64,000 nt of DNA from Ophelia neglecta (lineage: Eukaryota): NCBI GenBank assembly GCA_965285935.1, contig OZ260667.1, positions 17,856,001 to 17,920,000 on the forward strand. Reading direction: 5' to 3'. The notes below the pieces were generated by a model that did not search any database, was not told where the DNA came from, and was given only the letters and a program-made list of their open reading frames with translations. Positions 37,235 through 51,662 of this stretch are shown one piece after another (positions within the stretch are counted from its first letter, which is position 1; every line of letters starts with the position of its first letter). The position numbers and the translations under genes were made by a program.

Positions 37235-40200
37235 CTGGTTGGTGCAAAAAGGGAAATGCAACTTTAGTGGTGCTTGAGAGTATTATTAGAACTTTAAAAG
37301 GGTACTGCATTCTCTCCTTCATCAGCAGACACATCGACTACATCTGAAAACTCTGTTCTATTAAGAAAAGGCAACACTAAATAGTAGGCCCATCAAGTAA
37401 CTGTCTGTCGACCCTTCAGGTCTGAAGAATATGTACCACGTCTACAGGAGCGGCAAACTGGTTGCAACCCAACAACAATATTTAGTGTGGGTGACATAGT
37501 TTTCGTCGTGGAAAGTAGTCCCCGAAATTTCTGGAGTCAAGCTTAAGCGAGGCCTGTGCTTGCTGGCAGATAGGGATTTTTTACGATGCATGCGGTAGTC
37601 AGGACGTCGTCGTCGGAACTCGATCAGGGTACAAACGGAGCTTAACATTAGAAGCAGGTGTTTAGTTCAGTCGGTTGGCCATTATTAGTAGATGTTAGTA
37701 ATGGTGGACATGTAACGAGCCCATCATTTACTTGGGCTAATTGACTTAGGTGTTCCCACTACTAGTTTAGAACTACTTGCCTTGTACCGAAGTAGTGTTT
37801 AATATTATTGCTTTTGGTTTACTGTATATTGGCCAGGATCGATGCGGTTAGTATCATGTTGTGTATTGTATGACTGTTACTCGACATGAATCCTCCGAAA
37901 TTGGGCACAGACTCCTCTTGAATTGACAGAGAAGAGCTAAGACAATGTGACGAGGAGTGGACACACGTCGAATTAGTTCAATTTAAGGAAACAAAGAGGA
38001 AGGCGAGTAGATCATTTGATTATCATTTACATTAACGGAAAACGTAACGTGGTTTATTATTATGCAAAAATCCGCAGCTACATTAAATACTTTGTTTGAA
38101 TGAGAATACTGAGCCAACTGATCTCGCGAGACATCAATCATTCCCTTTATATCCTCACATTATGGAGGATTATAAAACAAGTCCTTGCTCGGAGACAAAA
38201 CATGAAAGTGCAACATGTTTGATATTGAATAACAATACAAAAAAGGGATAAAAGTTGCAAACCACATATACAACGAGATTGTGTACAAATATTTTTGCAA
38301 CGTCTTGCCCATGAATAGGAAAAAGCTTGAGGGCACATTCCCTTTTATTTGCTACTGACCGTCATGATAGGGCAACACCCTTAGTTCGTGCTTTGTTTTC
38401 TTGACACTGTCTTAGTCCTGGTTTTTTTTATCTGCCAGCTCATTCATAGAGTTGTGACCGTAGGTTTCAGTATTGTTGACGTTTTTCTCGACTGTGACTA
38501 GCGTAGGCTGCCAGTTTATAATTTGGCCTGATTAACTCATTGCGGAAAATATTATACTACTAATCTTTATAAAGACTATAAATCAACATCTGTCATACTG
38601 CAAATATTGACTCCGCCGCGGTCTTTTTTTTTCTGCCAAATATCAATTGGATTTAGTTATGTACCTGTATTTTGACTGCTAAATAATAATTCTGTAGGCC
38701 TATATCATTGAATATAAGCAACCACTGACTGCTTGTTCCCACCTTCTTGAATAATTTTCTATTCATAATTAAGCACATTGATGGATTAATCATGAAATAG
38801 GTCTTTCGGACAAGAGAACAATGCTACCATACGTATACATAGAAATAAGCTTTATTAGTTGCCTAACAAACAATTCATTTGGTGAATTATCGGTCGACGA
38901 ATTATCGGTCGACGAACCAAAATGTTTTTTTTAGGAATTATACAACCAATCGGTTATGAGGATACACGTTTAGATATTTGATTCTGTCACTCCTTATATT
39001 CAGATGGCACACAATTGAAACGATCACGTTACGTCGGGAGTGGTGCAAAAATTTATTGATTATGCCTACATATTATTAGCAAGATGGTTAGCAGTACGAT
39101 AGGCTACTGGTGGAGTTTAGTTGACGTTGGTTTATAAGTCGATCGTCTTCTAGGGTTAACCGCAATAACAGGCAAAATATAATAATTTAACTGACGGGTT
39201 GATGAACAAGTTTGAATCTAAGGGTATGCTACACTTATTTTAAGGAGTGATACAGACAATGCAACTAAGGAAAAAAAATTGAAAACATGAATTTGATATA
39301 TCTTGCAATGGGAAGCAGTGAACAGTTTTCCATGATGTGTCGGAACACAAAACAAACAGGTTAGTGGTCAACGTAATACAGAGATGAAATAAGACACGTG
39401 TCAAAAAATGACTAACCGGGCGCCCTTACAAGATTCAGATGTAGTAATGTATATTCGACCCAAAACGGCTGGTTGAACAAATACTTATCAACCTTCCCTA
39501 TAGTTAAGGACGGCGCCATTTATTTTCTTCTCGCAGTGGCTTAGACGTGCATTTTTTCTCTGCACAAATACTTGGGAGCAGATGCATAAACTTATTTCTC
39601 GTAATATGGAAACCGAACTTTTTTCTGCAATTTTCTATCCCACTCCCTTAAGTTTGCTCGAATGCAACAGTCATATGCGACTTAATTATAAATATCGTCA
39701 GATGTAATTGTATTTGCACTGGGTGGCAAAGTTATTTACTGAAATGGACCTGTTTATTATCTCATTTGTGCTATTGCAGCACATTAGATCATTAGTGTAA
39801 ATGATCATTCACATAAATCACAAAAAGTTAATTTTTTATCTAATTACCATGACTAGCTCGTTTATGAAACTATTCCTTACGCGGAAACAATTGCCAGCAT
39901 TGACTTCCACACTGATTGAATAATCTCTAATTTTCGAAATAAACCTATCATCACTACAATTATGCTTGACCCGTCGAAGACTTTCTTTTGAATAGGACTA
40001 TTAGTACGCATATGGGATATTTATGCATCTGTATGGATTTGTTTTTACCCGCACACTGTCTGCTAATTCAATATACCTGTGACCGCATTGTAAGAAGAAA
40101 TGGTATCATATGAAAAATATGAAATGAAGGCAACCACATAGAGGTTAGCGGCGGTTATGTTGACGACCTACTCTACATGCTTGGATGTTTATGTTTTAAA

Positions 40201-43200
40201 GACGTTAAGCTCGTTATATGGAAGCTGAGAAGAACCTTTCCCCTGGCAACAGTGTTCTACAAAGCCTTTTAGGTTATTATCGGCCTAACCGTGCAGGTTT
40301 TTACTATAAATTTAACAGAGAGAATGAGCTTGACTATAAAATAACAGCGAAACACGTAGCCCATTATATCTTATATTACCGACAAGTTCCAATGAAATGA
40401 CTGAGGTTACATCCAGTTCATCTTCCATGCCGGAGGGCTATTTGACACATTTGCACATCCATTAGGTTTCCGGGCCTGTCGTTTCCATGACCTATATATG
40501 GCAAACGATTTTCGTCTATATATCAGACCCTGTCTATCGTGCACTTATAATGTCGCTGACTTTGAACAAGGTAAAGAAAGGGGCAAATTTCAGACTGATC
40601 TAGAGACAGGTGCATCTGCCGAAACAATCATGAGCTTTGGAGCCCTAAAATATGCCACTGTTTATTATTGAAATAAAATCTCAACTCCAGGTGTATTGGA
40701 AAACATCTAAGTGACAGAAATGGACACTATAATTTTGTACTCCTTTATGGTATTATCGTTCGTATTATTTATTTATTTGCACCACTTTGCCCATGTTTGT
40801 GGTTTTGAATATATTTATGGGCTTGATTAACTTGTAATATAATGGGCCTTCAATGTATAATTGATCTTTTAAGTAAGAAACGGCTATCATTAAGCTGCCA
40901 TCATTAACAGTTGTCTAATAAGACTGTCGTTGGTCTTCAGACATATTTCACATTAGAGACATAGTCAAACATTTGACCACAAAGACCCTTTGTCCAGACC
41001 TCCAGTTCCTGGTCATGAACTTCCTAATATCTAGCATTTCGTGCCGTACGATCAATAATCGATTGATCGGGAGGTCGTCCCCTTAATTTTCCTCATAAGA
41101 TAGGTCGTGTTGAGTTCATTAAGCTGACAGTGGCCCTCATTGACTCTCGCTGTAATCTCATTGTTCAAACTATAACCACTCAGCAGAGATTGATTCTGTA
41201 ATCATTAAGAACAAATATTGATGATGATTACCAAAGTTAATGGAATATATTGCATTGGCTTGTCGAGACAAAATGAGAGTGCTTGCCAAAGACACATTGC
41301 TCGGGTCAATTCTATAAGCTGTGAATTCTACTCCACATGCTCGACTGGTGATTGCTTACAGTAGTATTTAATCATGGACATCGATTGACTGGTATGTGGA
41401 TCGATGTTTGGCACGTCTTCCAATATCTTCATCGGATTAACTTGGTGATACATCATAATTAACGTGAGATATTTTTGTAAATAGTGTATTATAAATATGA
41501 CCTTCCTATGTTAATGGACTGGAAATTTGTCTAATATACCATTGTTGTATATTCAACCGATACATAATCAAACTGACACACCATTACAAAATATATGATT
41601 TCAGGTAAATGGCTACAAAACATATGAAGTATTCATGAATCCGTTAAAACGCAGTACTGGTTAAATGAGGGCAGTCAAAACTCTAATTCACCAAACTTTC
41701 CTCTTTCCTCTTAATTATCGTTTGCACATGCTCATAGTTTATGGCCAGTCGAGCAATAGGGGCACAGTTAAGTATGTGTGTTATGTATAACAGCAGTCAT
41801 ATCCGAAATAGTAGCTGGGATGATATCTTAAATGATTATCTCAAGATTACTATTAGCAATATCCAAATAAGCATATCACGGTGGTTAAGCTCAAGGTTAC
41901 AATCAGCAATCTTGATTCAGTATTTCATTCCAATATGATAGACCCGATGAGGTGTCATCGCCCAACAAACCTAAACATCTAGTAAGCTTCTTTCTCCGAA
42001 AGCTAAGCCACATTCTCGAGGCCACTTTGAGGATTGTTAACACGTGTTCCAATGGTTTATGTCAGTTAATGAGACAGCAGCAATCTTCACCACAGATGAT
42101 AACGTCGACATTGGAGCAGACGGGCAGGAAAAGCTAGGAGTCTGCACAATATGAGCTTTTGGTACCCTCAATAAATCATTATGATTATTTAAAAAACTTA
42201 TGAAATTGCATATTTTGTTCATGATGTTACTCAGATATGGTTTATCAAATTATGGACAACTTTGGACAGAAACCAATAAACAACAGAGCTTTTTTCAGAT
42301 CATTAACACAGAGCCACTTATCTTGGATCCTCTCTGAAAAAAATCAATGAATCAATCAGTCATTCTGTGTAACAGTTTCGTAAAAGAATGCATTGGTATC
42401 GCAGAAAAGGGGAAGTGATGCATTTTGGAGGGCCTTACAATGTCTTATTGACCCTATTGTATACAACTGCATGCTCGAACTCTTGCTTTCGTTTGGATAG
42501 GATTGCTCACGTGTTACTATAGTAATAAAAACTTAAAGAATCTACCGATTCAATCTGCCTGTTTCGGCAAACATAATCAACTCACGCTTGATTACTCTGT
42601 TGGCTTTTGTGCCCTGCTGTTTGAGGTCCACCTTGATCGTGATCGTCGGTTTGTTTCTCGTAAATGAATAGAATGCCAACCAAATTACATCGATCAAGCA
42701 GGTCATAAGTGTAAAATAACTATTCTATAACATTGTACATTGTAATCTTAGCCCTAAGAATAAGAGTTGAAAGCTGAAAGGGCTACCCCGTGTAGCGAAA
42801 TTATTATATAAATGAATTGCATATAAAAGTCCAAAATGGAAACAAACTTTGTTTACTTTTTAGTAAAATTGTTTGTCTTAATTTGTACCACTTTTGTTTT
42901 GCATGCTGCTAACGCGGTGAAATATATTATATAGTTTAGACTGATCGAATCCGATTAATCTTTTCCCGCCTTAATTAAGCTCACGCAGTGGTAAAACTAA
43001 ATTGCCGTTATTTGGGTCCCTTGGCAACTACAAGGGGCCTTTTATCCAAATAATGTAAAAAGTCTAAAAACCGTAAACAATTACAATTTCTGAAAACCGA
43101 TACAGTGACACACACGTCCTCAGTTGACATGAATCGGATAAAAATTCGCTCATTAAAGGAAAGTGACTATAGTTTGCGGAAAGAGAAGAAGAAGATCTTT

Positions 43201-44369
43201 AATTTATTTGCGTGATTTTTCAAAAAGGCTTATTATTTCTTCAACTTTTACGTACACACTCTGGTTTATGTTTTGTGAATGGAATCTTATTTAACGCCCT
43301 TAGTGTAAACATACTATTTTTTCTATGACAATATATAAACGGCTACCTCTTGAAGATAGTAGACAATGGTCCAATCGATAGATTGTCTAAGAGATGTCTC
43401 ATGTCTGATTTTATTAATGAATACAAGTTTTGTTTTTGATTCAGTAGAATTCGACCCAACAAAGGGGCGTGATAATTAACTAGACTTAAAGACCCTTAAG
43501 CTGGCGATTTGGCTCTCATCCCGAACGAATATATACTCAAACATTGCTGGCAAATTATGGCTAATTCTCTAAGTGTGATGTAAGAATAATTTAAAACTTG
43601 AGTTTTTTCACTTGGAATATCACAAAGGACTGATAAATACTAAAAAATGAGGTAAGACAAACGATTTAAATGTTTACATACGTAGAGGTAACAATCGCCT
43701 CAAGGTCATGTTCCGGTATCACTTAAGGAGGAGCAGATGATGCATCTTTATGAAACAATATACCCTTGGTTTATCTCAGGGATCCATCAGGTACAACAGG
43801 ATGAAAATATGTCATATGATTACTCATCCCTAAACTCGAAAAAATCATCGGTAGGTAATTTCCATTGAGAGGCAGTTATGACTTACTGATAAGTGTGGTA
43901 AATTATTACCCTTTTAAAATAACATGAAAGTTTCAGAAGCTTTAATACACCATTAACAGGGGCTTAATTACATTGCTTCATTGGCTACTGATAATACGTG
44001 TTACCAGTAGCCGATAAAACATTGTGAAGATGCTATGAATACTCATCTCACTTCAAGTGCTTTAAGTTCAAGTACACATACTTTGGAATGTTTCCTGTTT
44101 ATTTATTTGTACCTGTATTTTCTTGCATCTGTATCATCATATAATCAATTGTTTTCCTGGTAGTAATGCTCGCGTAAGGTTGAAATCAGTGTTGTGTAAT
44201 CGTCCTTGGCTCTAGAAGTTATTCTACACGACACTCCATTCATGCAACAGTCACCTTGATAATCTTATATACGTAATATAAGTCAGGACCCTAATTTGCA
44301 TAGTCAGCTGTCATCAATCATAATGTCATGTGTCACGACTTGTTCTTTATTTGGTCACAACTACATTTG

Positions 44370-44670
44370 CCAGTCATCATTTGCTATCATGTTCCCCGGG
44401 AACACGGATGCCTAGGTGTTGCCTGGCAAAAAGGGAAGCTGCACGCCCCGATAAAATTGGCCAAGAAGGAGAGGTCAAATTGGTAGAGAGAATGGGATCG
44501 GGCAGCTTAGAATGGAAGGATGAAATGTGGTGTAGGAGGGATAGGGCGATGAGATTAGGTTTGAGGTATTGTAGATCGGAGGACTGCGGCTTGAAAATGT
44601 TTGTAGGATAGGTAGATAACTTCGAAGGAAGGCGCTCGAGGGAGTTAAAATGTGAGGTAAGAAAATGAAA
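44370..44670 (-). mobile_element. Possible ancient I/Nimb-group LINE RNase H fragment
   Basis: C/T-rich strand with NIFKPQSSDLQYL and HLGIR..GNMIAN across frameshifts, resembling IFSDSxSxLQAL / HxGIxGNExAD. Confidence 0.3.
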
Positions 44671-47600
44671 GCTAGGAGGGCTGCCTATTTACTAAAAATG
44701 CACATATTTGATTTTTAAAATAAAGTTTACAGTGACTGCAAAATAATTCGGATACCCTTAGATTATAAGGCAATTGGATAAAAGCTCCAACTAACATGTT
44801 CTCTCGGTCTGCGGCCACGAGAACAAGGCAGTTTGAATATATACATTTGGGGCTGATAATTCCCAATGGTCCTCCTAATGGCAGACATTATTTGCTTAAT
44901 GCGTTCTTACAGACTGCTTGTTGCCCATTGCAAGAGAAATATGTTACCAAAATGTGAAGCCGTTTCGTAAATCAAAGATTATGCTTTGCCGAGATAAGGA
45001 ACATGCAATTTAAGGGTATTATCCATTGCCTATAAGTTATTGGCTGAGGCCAGGATAGCGAGACTGGATTAAGCATCACGAGAAGAAATTCTTTTGGCAG
45101 ATTTTGGCCATCTGCATGTTTTCACTGTGGTTACAATCTTGTTACTGAGCACTACCCCGCCAGTTTGGTTTACTCTGATATCAGGGAAATTCAAGCGGGC
45201 AGTACATATACACCCTATTCCAATCGAGCAATCACCAAAAAGATACACTTCATTAAAGTGGTTATTGCTAATTTGAAAATTTCCAAAGAACCTAGCTGAA
45301 TATAAAAATTCAACGTTCGACAAATCTTTTTTATCAAATTGTATTGTTTTTGATTAGGTCTGTGCTGTTTTTTAACCTTGATCGTTGTTTAAGCAGGGAG
45401 CACAGGCAGATAGGTGGCACACTTCTCGCCCACCTACATTAGAAACAGCAGCGCTATAGTTTTTGGGGAGCAAATATGATACTTCACCATGTCAACTACT
45501 ACTATCTTATGTGTAATCAATAAAACAAATTATGCGAATCATGACTGGACTGGGGAATTCTGTTGATGTTACCTCTCAAATCTTCCAAACACAGCTCAAT
45601 TAGGTGAAACATTAACATCTCAGGGCTTGTTGTGCTGAGGGTTCAGCAAGCCATCCGTGCATTATTAAGAGCTCAATCATTCTTGAAATAATATAAATAG
45701 GCTAACTTTTATTGTTTTCTGTAAGAAAAGCCCGACCTGTCATTGTAAAAGAGGTCACACGGCAGGAACAGATTGTTATGGGACACAGCCCGGACATTAT
45801 TTGTTTTATTCCAAAGGTTGTGGAGTTAAATTATTCCCTTACAATGCTATCTTAATAACATAATTTCAGGTTCACTGCTCAACTGCCAGGGTGTGATATT
45901 CCGAAAGTTGTACTTGCCAAACCAATCAATATTTGCATAGTATCCCTATAATGTTCACACATATAGAAGGGCAATGACCCGGTGTGCATAAGTGGTACTG
46001 GGGCCCACTTATGTATGCACTCATGGTTCGAGGCGTTTATGTTATAGTAATAGGATATCCACAAAGGCAGCCAAAACGCTCCCTTTGGTTAGGTCCAGGA
46101 GACTTATATCCTTTCTGACGTAGATTAATCGGATACTGGAAATTAGCAGCCCATCGAGCCACAAAACAAAGTAGTACGTGGCTACATTTTATGGATAAAC
46201 ATAAGCCTACATTCTGACTTTGACTAATGACACTAATGGAATCAACAAAGGATAATCAGGGTAATGTAGACCTGAATGTCCCTAAATTGGGGTCATTTTG
46301 TATTTTCGTTTGTTAACAACCAATTTAATATTATAAGGGAATCAATTTTCACATAATCCATTGCAAGAAGACTTCAATTGAAATTTGATCCTCCCATAAT
46401 TTTAGGTTGGTTTTCAAATCAGGTTCCTACATTTTATGAATTCTAAATTGTATGTGATGTCAGATTTAAACGTGCGCGTTGTTACAACGTTGGTTTTGAT
46501 TGTCGATAAAACCTCAAAATATTTTTGCAACCAACTATAAAGACCAAGGTAATATGATCCTGTGCCATATTGTCCACTACTTCTCCGGGGATACCAAATT
46601 ATAGTTATAGGTTAACTCGCCCTAGCAACTGGCTGGAACTGCCAAAATTCAGCATCCGAAACTGACTACAGTTGATATGATATAAGACCAGCGTATAATA
46701 AGCTCTTTATATGAAATATATTCTTTATAATAAAGCTGCACAAACGGGGCATTCGGAGCTATAATGTTTCCTTGCCCTTAGTGTAGATGGTCAAATCCAG
46801 TAGATCTGGTAGCTCTTGTTTACTGACATCGCCTTTGATGTTTAGAGATATACCACCCAATGAGCGCCCATTGTCCGAGCGATTATTGTCTTTCACAACA
46901 ACCGGAGGCCGTTATATTATACTCGTCTGCTGCAGCCAAAGTTCGGGGTCCGGTTAGCATGATAGCCGATGTATACATACGATAAACTCAAGAGTGATTG
47001 ATAACGATGTGTTTGGGTTAAGTTCTGTTCGGATTCGATCCCTGGACAGTGTCGGCTGCTGGGGTAAACAAAGCCAGAAAGTATCAATTCTGGCACCAAA
47101 CGGAATTGGAGAGTAGCCATACTCGCTCTGCTGTATACGGTCTATATCACCTGGGACTCGCCTTGTCTTAAACCGATAATAAATCACATTACTTTGTCCA
47201 GTTAATATACCAATTCCGATTCACGTCCTTGTTGCTATTTACAGGCTCTTTGATATAATATATTCATTCTCGGGAGTGCTACTAAAATAATTATTAATTT
47301 CCATCTCAGAAGGTAGAACTCAGATGAATGTTGACACAATACGAAAATATTGGAGTCCCCCCTCCAACCGCCAACCCCCATCACACCCAGGGGCTCAGTA
47401 CATGCAGATATTCACAACCCTTTCCAGCTGGTGATAATTTTTTTGTTTGCATCATTGCCGCCAGAGATTTCCATTTTCGACACACATAAGAAAGAAATGG
47501 GCAACCGTGTCCAAACCTTGATACATGTACGTTCATTAATGGTTTCGGCGATAATTTCCTATTATATACCTCTCGCTGAGCACATATATCGAAGCGAGCC

Positions 47601-48119
47601 GCTCTGTTTGATAAAAAAAACTGGGGTCAAGGGGGAGGGTGGGTGTTAAACGTTTGAACATAATTGAAAAGAAGCCAACCCATTCCTTACTTGGTCCGTA
47701 AAATTAGATTACCTCTCTCCCCCTTCGACAATAAGTCTGTTAATATTGATACAGAATATTTACGCGTACATTTTTTGGGACTTAATGGGGGGGGGGACTC
47801 AGTTATGTCAACCTTCCCTTGAGAATCAAACCCAGGCGGTTGAATTCAGAATTACCACTCTATCGTCTGCCTTTGATTTATCATTAGTGGCTGTAAGGAT
47901 ACCATCCATCACAGATGAGGACGGCTAACCAGGGAATTCAGTAAAAACACTATAGGGTAACGAGCTTCCATGTATTCATTCATCTTAACCTGCATCTTCA
48001 AAGTTTAATATACTGACTGCTCTCCTCGAGCATCTTGGGCAACTCAATAAAACACATCGACGAATTAAACTATAGGAACCTACAGCTGGGACGAACATCT
48101 AACAAGAAAAGAGAAAACC

Positions 48120-48265
48120 GTATGCTTGCCTTTAAAAACCAAAACATATGGTCAACGTTCATTTATTTATGCTGGGTCTCAACTCTGGAACAATTTAACA
48201 TTCCAAATTGAAACCTGTATCAATTTAGAACCTTTACATGCAAGCTTAATACACATTATTTTTCG
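48120..48265 (+). mobile_element. CR1/L2-type LINE ORF2 C-terminal fragment
   Basis: KTKTYGQRSFIYAGSQLWNNL...KLNTHYF matches the typical G.RSF.Y.G..LWN.LP...LKTHLF end. Confidence 0.75.
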
Positions 48266-50865
48266 AGCTAGCACATGACAATCAATAAATGACACTGTTT
48301 TGCTCTTAATATTTTAAGATTTTTTTTAGCAGAAATATTTGTATTCTTTTTGCCTTTTAATATAATACTGTGCTGTGATTATGAACTTTTTTAATAGACG
48401 CATTAGAAATAAATTTGAATAATACAAATGATAATAATGGTAATCTATACGTTTCTTTTTGTGTCAGGAAAGAATCGTTTAAATTGCTCACTAGGGACCT
48501 ACTCTATAGGCTTTAGAAATCCGTGGCCCACTTCTTGAGCCAACCATGGACTCTCTTGGGGCACTTTTCATTTCTGCACTATGTTGACCAATGCCCTGTT
48601 TTATAGAGTTTTTGCTCGCATCCTGGAAAACTATAACCATAGAAAGGTCTTCAAATTGGTTTTTCTTTAATTATTGTTATCGAATCCCCAAAGAAGCCAG
48701 CTTTAATTCGGTACCAAGGTTTGCTTCCCCCAGAGGGTGCAACGTAACATTGACAGATGGACTACAGGGCAAATTAATTACTTACGTGTGGCTGGCCAAG
48801 AAGCGGAGTGTATGCTAAATTGGCCCCGTATGTACAAGTGCAGGTGGTTTCCTCGGGCCTCGAGGCGCAGAAAATCTATGTTATATGTTTCCATCTCGTC
48901 AAACAATAAAAGATATTAGTAGATGTGCCGAGAGCAGTGGTATGTAATGTGTTTATGACCCTTTCCCTCGACAGAAAACAAGGCGTCCTGTGATACATGA
49001 ATAACCGGCAGGGGATGCCCGACAGTCCAAGCCAAATCATAAACAAAGAATAGCTCATTAAATCGGTCCTAAAACACCAGTAACCTGCAGTCATACCCCC
49101 GCATACGTCAATCTACAGCTCGCAAACAATAAATACATGTGTAATTCCAATAAAAATTGGAAAGTAAGAAATTAATATCACTTCATATGAGTAAACAATT
49201 TTCCATGGTACGAGTCAGAGCGCAAAAAAGCGAGTCAGTGGCCAACGAAAGACAGAGATAAAATATGGCCCATGAAGGGAGTCCATGTTGGTCTAAGCCC
49301 TCTCATTATTTGAAATAATGGAGATTAAACCGTCTCAATAAACCCATGACCAGACAGGGGTGTAAAAGGTCCCTGCATTCTAAAGAGAAGAAGGAAATAA
49401 AATATGCTCGATGGTGCAATAAAATGCTAACTATGTGTAAGTGATCCAGTCACGCTTTAAATTTAACTGAACACGTGCATCTAAAACATACGATGTCATA
49501 TCAATACGAGGCATACGTACATTGTCCCTGGGCAAGGATAAGCGTAATAGATCACTCAAATCCATAGTAGTCTTTACTGAGTCAGTTGTTATAAAAGAGT
49601 GGCAAATAAAATCTAGACAAGAACAGTTCAAACGAGAGTCATCTGTCGTATTTTGAATCCCCAAACACCTGATGGTATCTTTATCGGGATTACACAAGGT
49701 CTCAAGGCTTGTTGATAAATTGGTGAAAGATTTTTCTGTGAATTTGAAAAGTGTCCGTTTCAATGTGCGGAGATTATTATCAAGGGCAGGGCCACATTAG
49801 TTGGAAACAAATAGGAGAGCACGACCTCTTATTAAGGCCACAAAGTTTATTAATGTCTTTAAAGAGAAATATATCCAATTGACAACTATCATTTAGGCCT
49901 TTAGTTTATTCTTAAGTAGGCTATTTGAAAGCAAGCGAAAACATACAAATCCTAAGCTTTCTTTATAAAGAATAGGTACAAATTTGCAACCAAAGAAGCG
50001 CAGTTGGTCTTCACTGAATAACCAATATTTTGGTGAAACCCCCTCACTACCCAGCTGGGTATAAATTTTGTAGATGAAGAAGTATACTATAAATTGGGTT
50101 GCCATCCATCAACCTCGGACATTTCAGTGTGTGCAAATTAAGTTACTTTACTTCACTTATGGCAACCCGTATTAAGAATTGTGTTTATAAGGAGTTATTC
50201 CAGCCGCTCTTTTAAATCAGCATATTTCCAAAGTGGTAAGCACTTTTGTCATAAAGAGCAAGTTCATATTCCATAGACCCTCGTACTGTGTTATTGGAAT
50301 ATTCATATATCGGACTTGTTGCCTATTTGTACTTTCATTTTTAATTGCTTTCTGATTTCTGACATTACCTACAAAATTACATAAATACCACAGTCTGACA
50401 TTTAAACACATTTTTTGCTTATCACGGCACTGAATTATATGTTGATTATTCGAGGAATGTACCTTTGTTAAGCACATTGCCAATTATTCTGTTAGAATTG
50501 TATATTGAACTGTCCCAATCTTAAATCTGATTAATTTGATTACTATGATTACTATGGCACTAAATATATCTATCATACAAGAATGGTTTTCACTGAAAAT
50601 TTTCAAGATTCCCCCCAGTGACATTCTTGGTCGAAATTGAGTTTTGTACATCAAAATGGCCTTTGTTGTACTACCAACAATTACTACTGCTGTGTTATTT
50701 GGACTATTTTGGTGCTAAGTACCGCGACTAGGGCCATTTGGCGTTGGAATGACGTTGAACCAAGGCTATTTTGGAACACACACCTTAGTGCCAAGTTGGC
50801 CTAGGTTCCAAATGAAGACAAATCACATTAAACGGATCTAAGTTACCATTATTTTATTACGTTAA

Positions 50866-51662
50866 AGGAATCACTCGATTTGGCAAATAAAGTTTACTAG
50901 ATGTGAAAAAATGGCAATTTTTAGTTTAAGCTAATAATGCGGATTAGCTTTTGTTGATGGCCTCAACATTATAAATATGGCATCAGTGTGACGATTTAGA
51001 TTTCTGGAAATATTCTGATGCACAATGTTTATTGTTTCACGCATTGTTCGGTGCATATAATATATAACATTTTTTTAATTACGATGTTGCAAAGCACATA
51101 TCTACATTGAAACCTCTGGAAGTTTGGAATTGAGGAGTAATGTTACGGGTCTGTAGTTGACGGTTCCGGATAAATTTGGACAAATAACAAACCTATTCAC
51201 AAAAACATTGGCTGTCATTATAGGATGAGGACAATAAAGTAATCTTGCTACTTTGAATTAACAACTACTTCTTTAATTGATATTTCTAGGGAAAAATGGC
51301 AGCCATATATTGTATTTATTTATTTAGTGTTCTGCCAATGACAAACTCAGTGACATAAGGCTGTTTGTGTTTTTTGGAATATATTGGTAAAAATAATGCA
51401 CGGATGCAATCCACGTTGTTGATTTTAACCAAAAAAACGTGTTTAAACTCATTTTACCTTATTATATAACAAACACTGGAAGGTTATTCATAACCCAAAA
51501 GAGCATAAATACGAATTCTGCATTGGAGTTACGAAGGGTCTCTGTAATTTTGTTTGCAGAAAATAGCCATTCCAAGGTGGCATTTACTTATTCTGAAATG
51601 AGACGCTTCTTAGTACTAATTTTGCAATCGTACCAAAAGGCTAGAAGAGACGAGTGAATCTC
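50866..51662. mobile_element. Possible non-autonomous Kolobok-like DNA element
   Basis: TTAA|AGGAATCACTCG ... CGAGTGAATCTC|TTAG gives a 9/12 terminal inverted match with a TTAA-like target on both sides. Confidence 0.45.

Noticed and set aside
38884-38916. 15-bp direct duplication gaattatcggtcgac
   Set aside because: A simple local tandem duplication with no element between the copies.
45069-50105. Further faint LINE endonuclease-like motifs (45069-45323, 49431-49763)
   Set aside because: Similarity is too degraded to support without a profile search.
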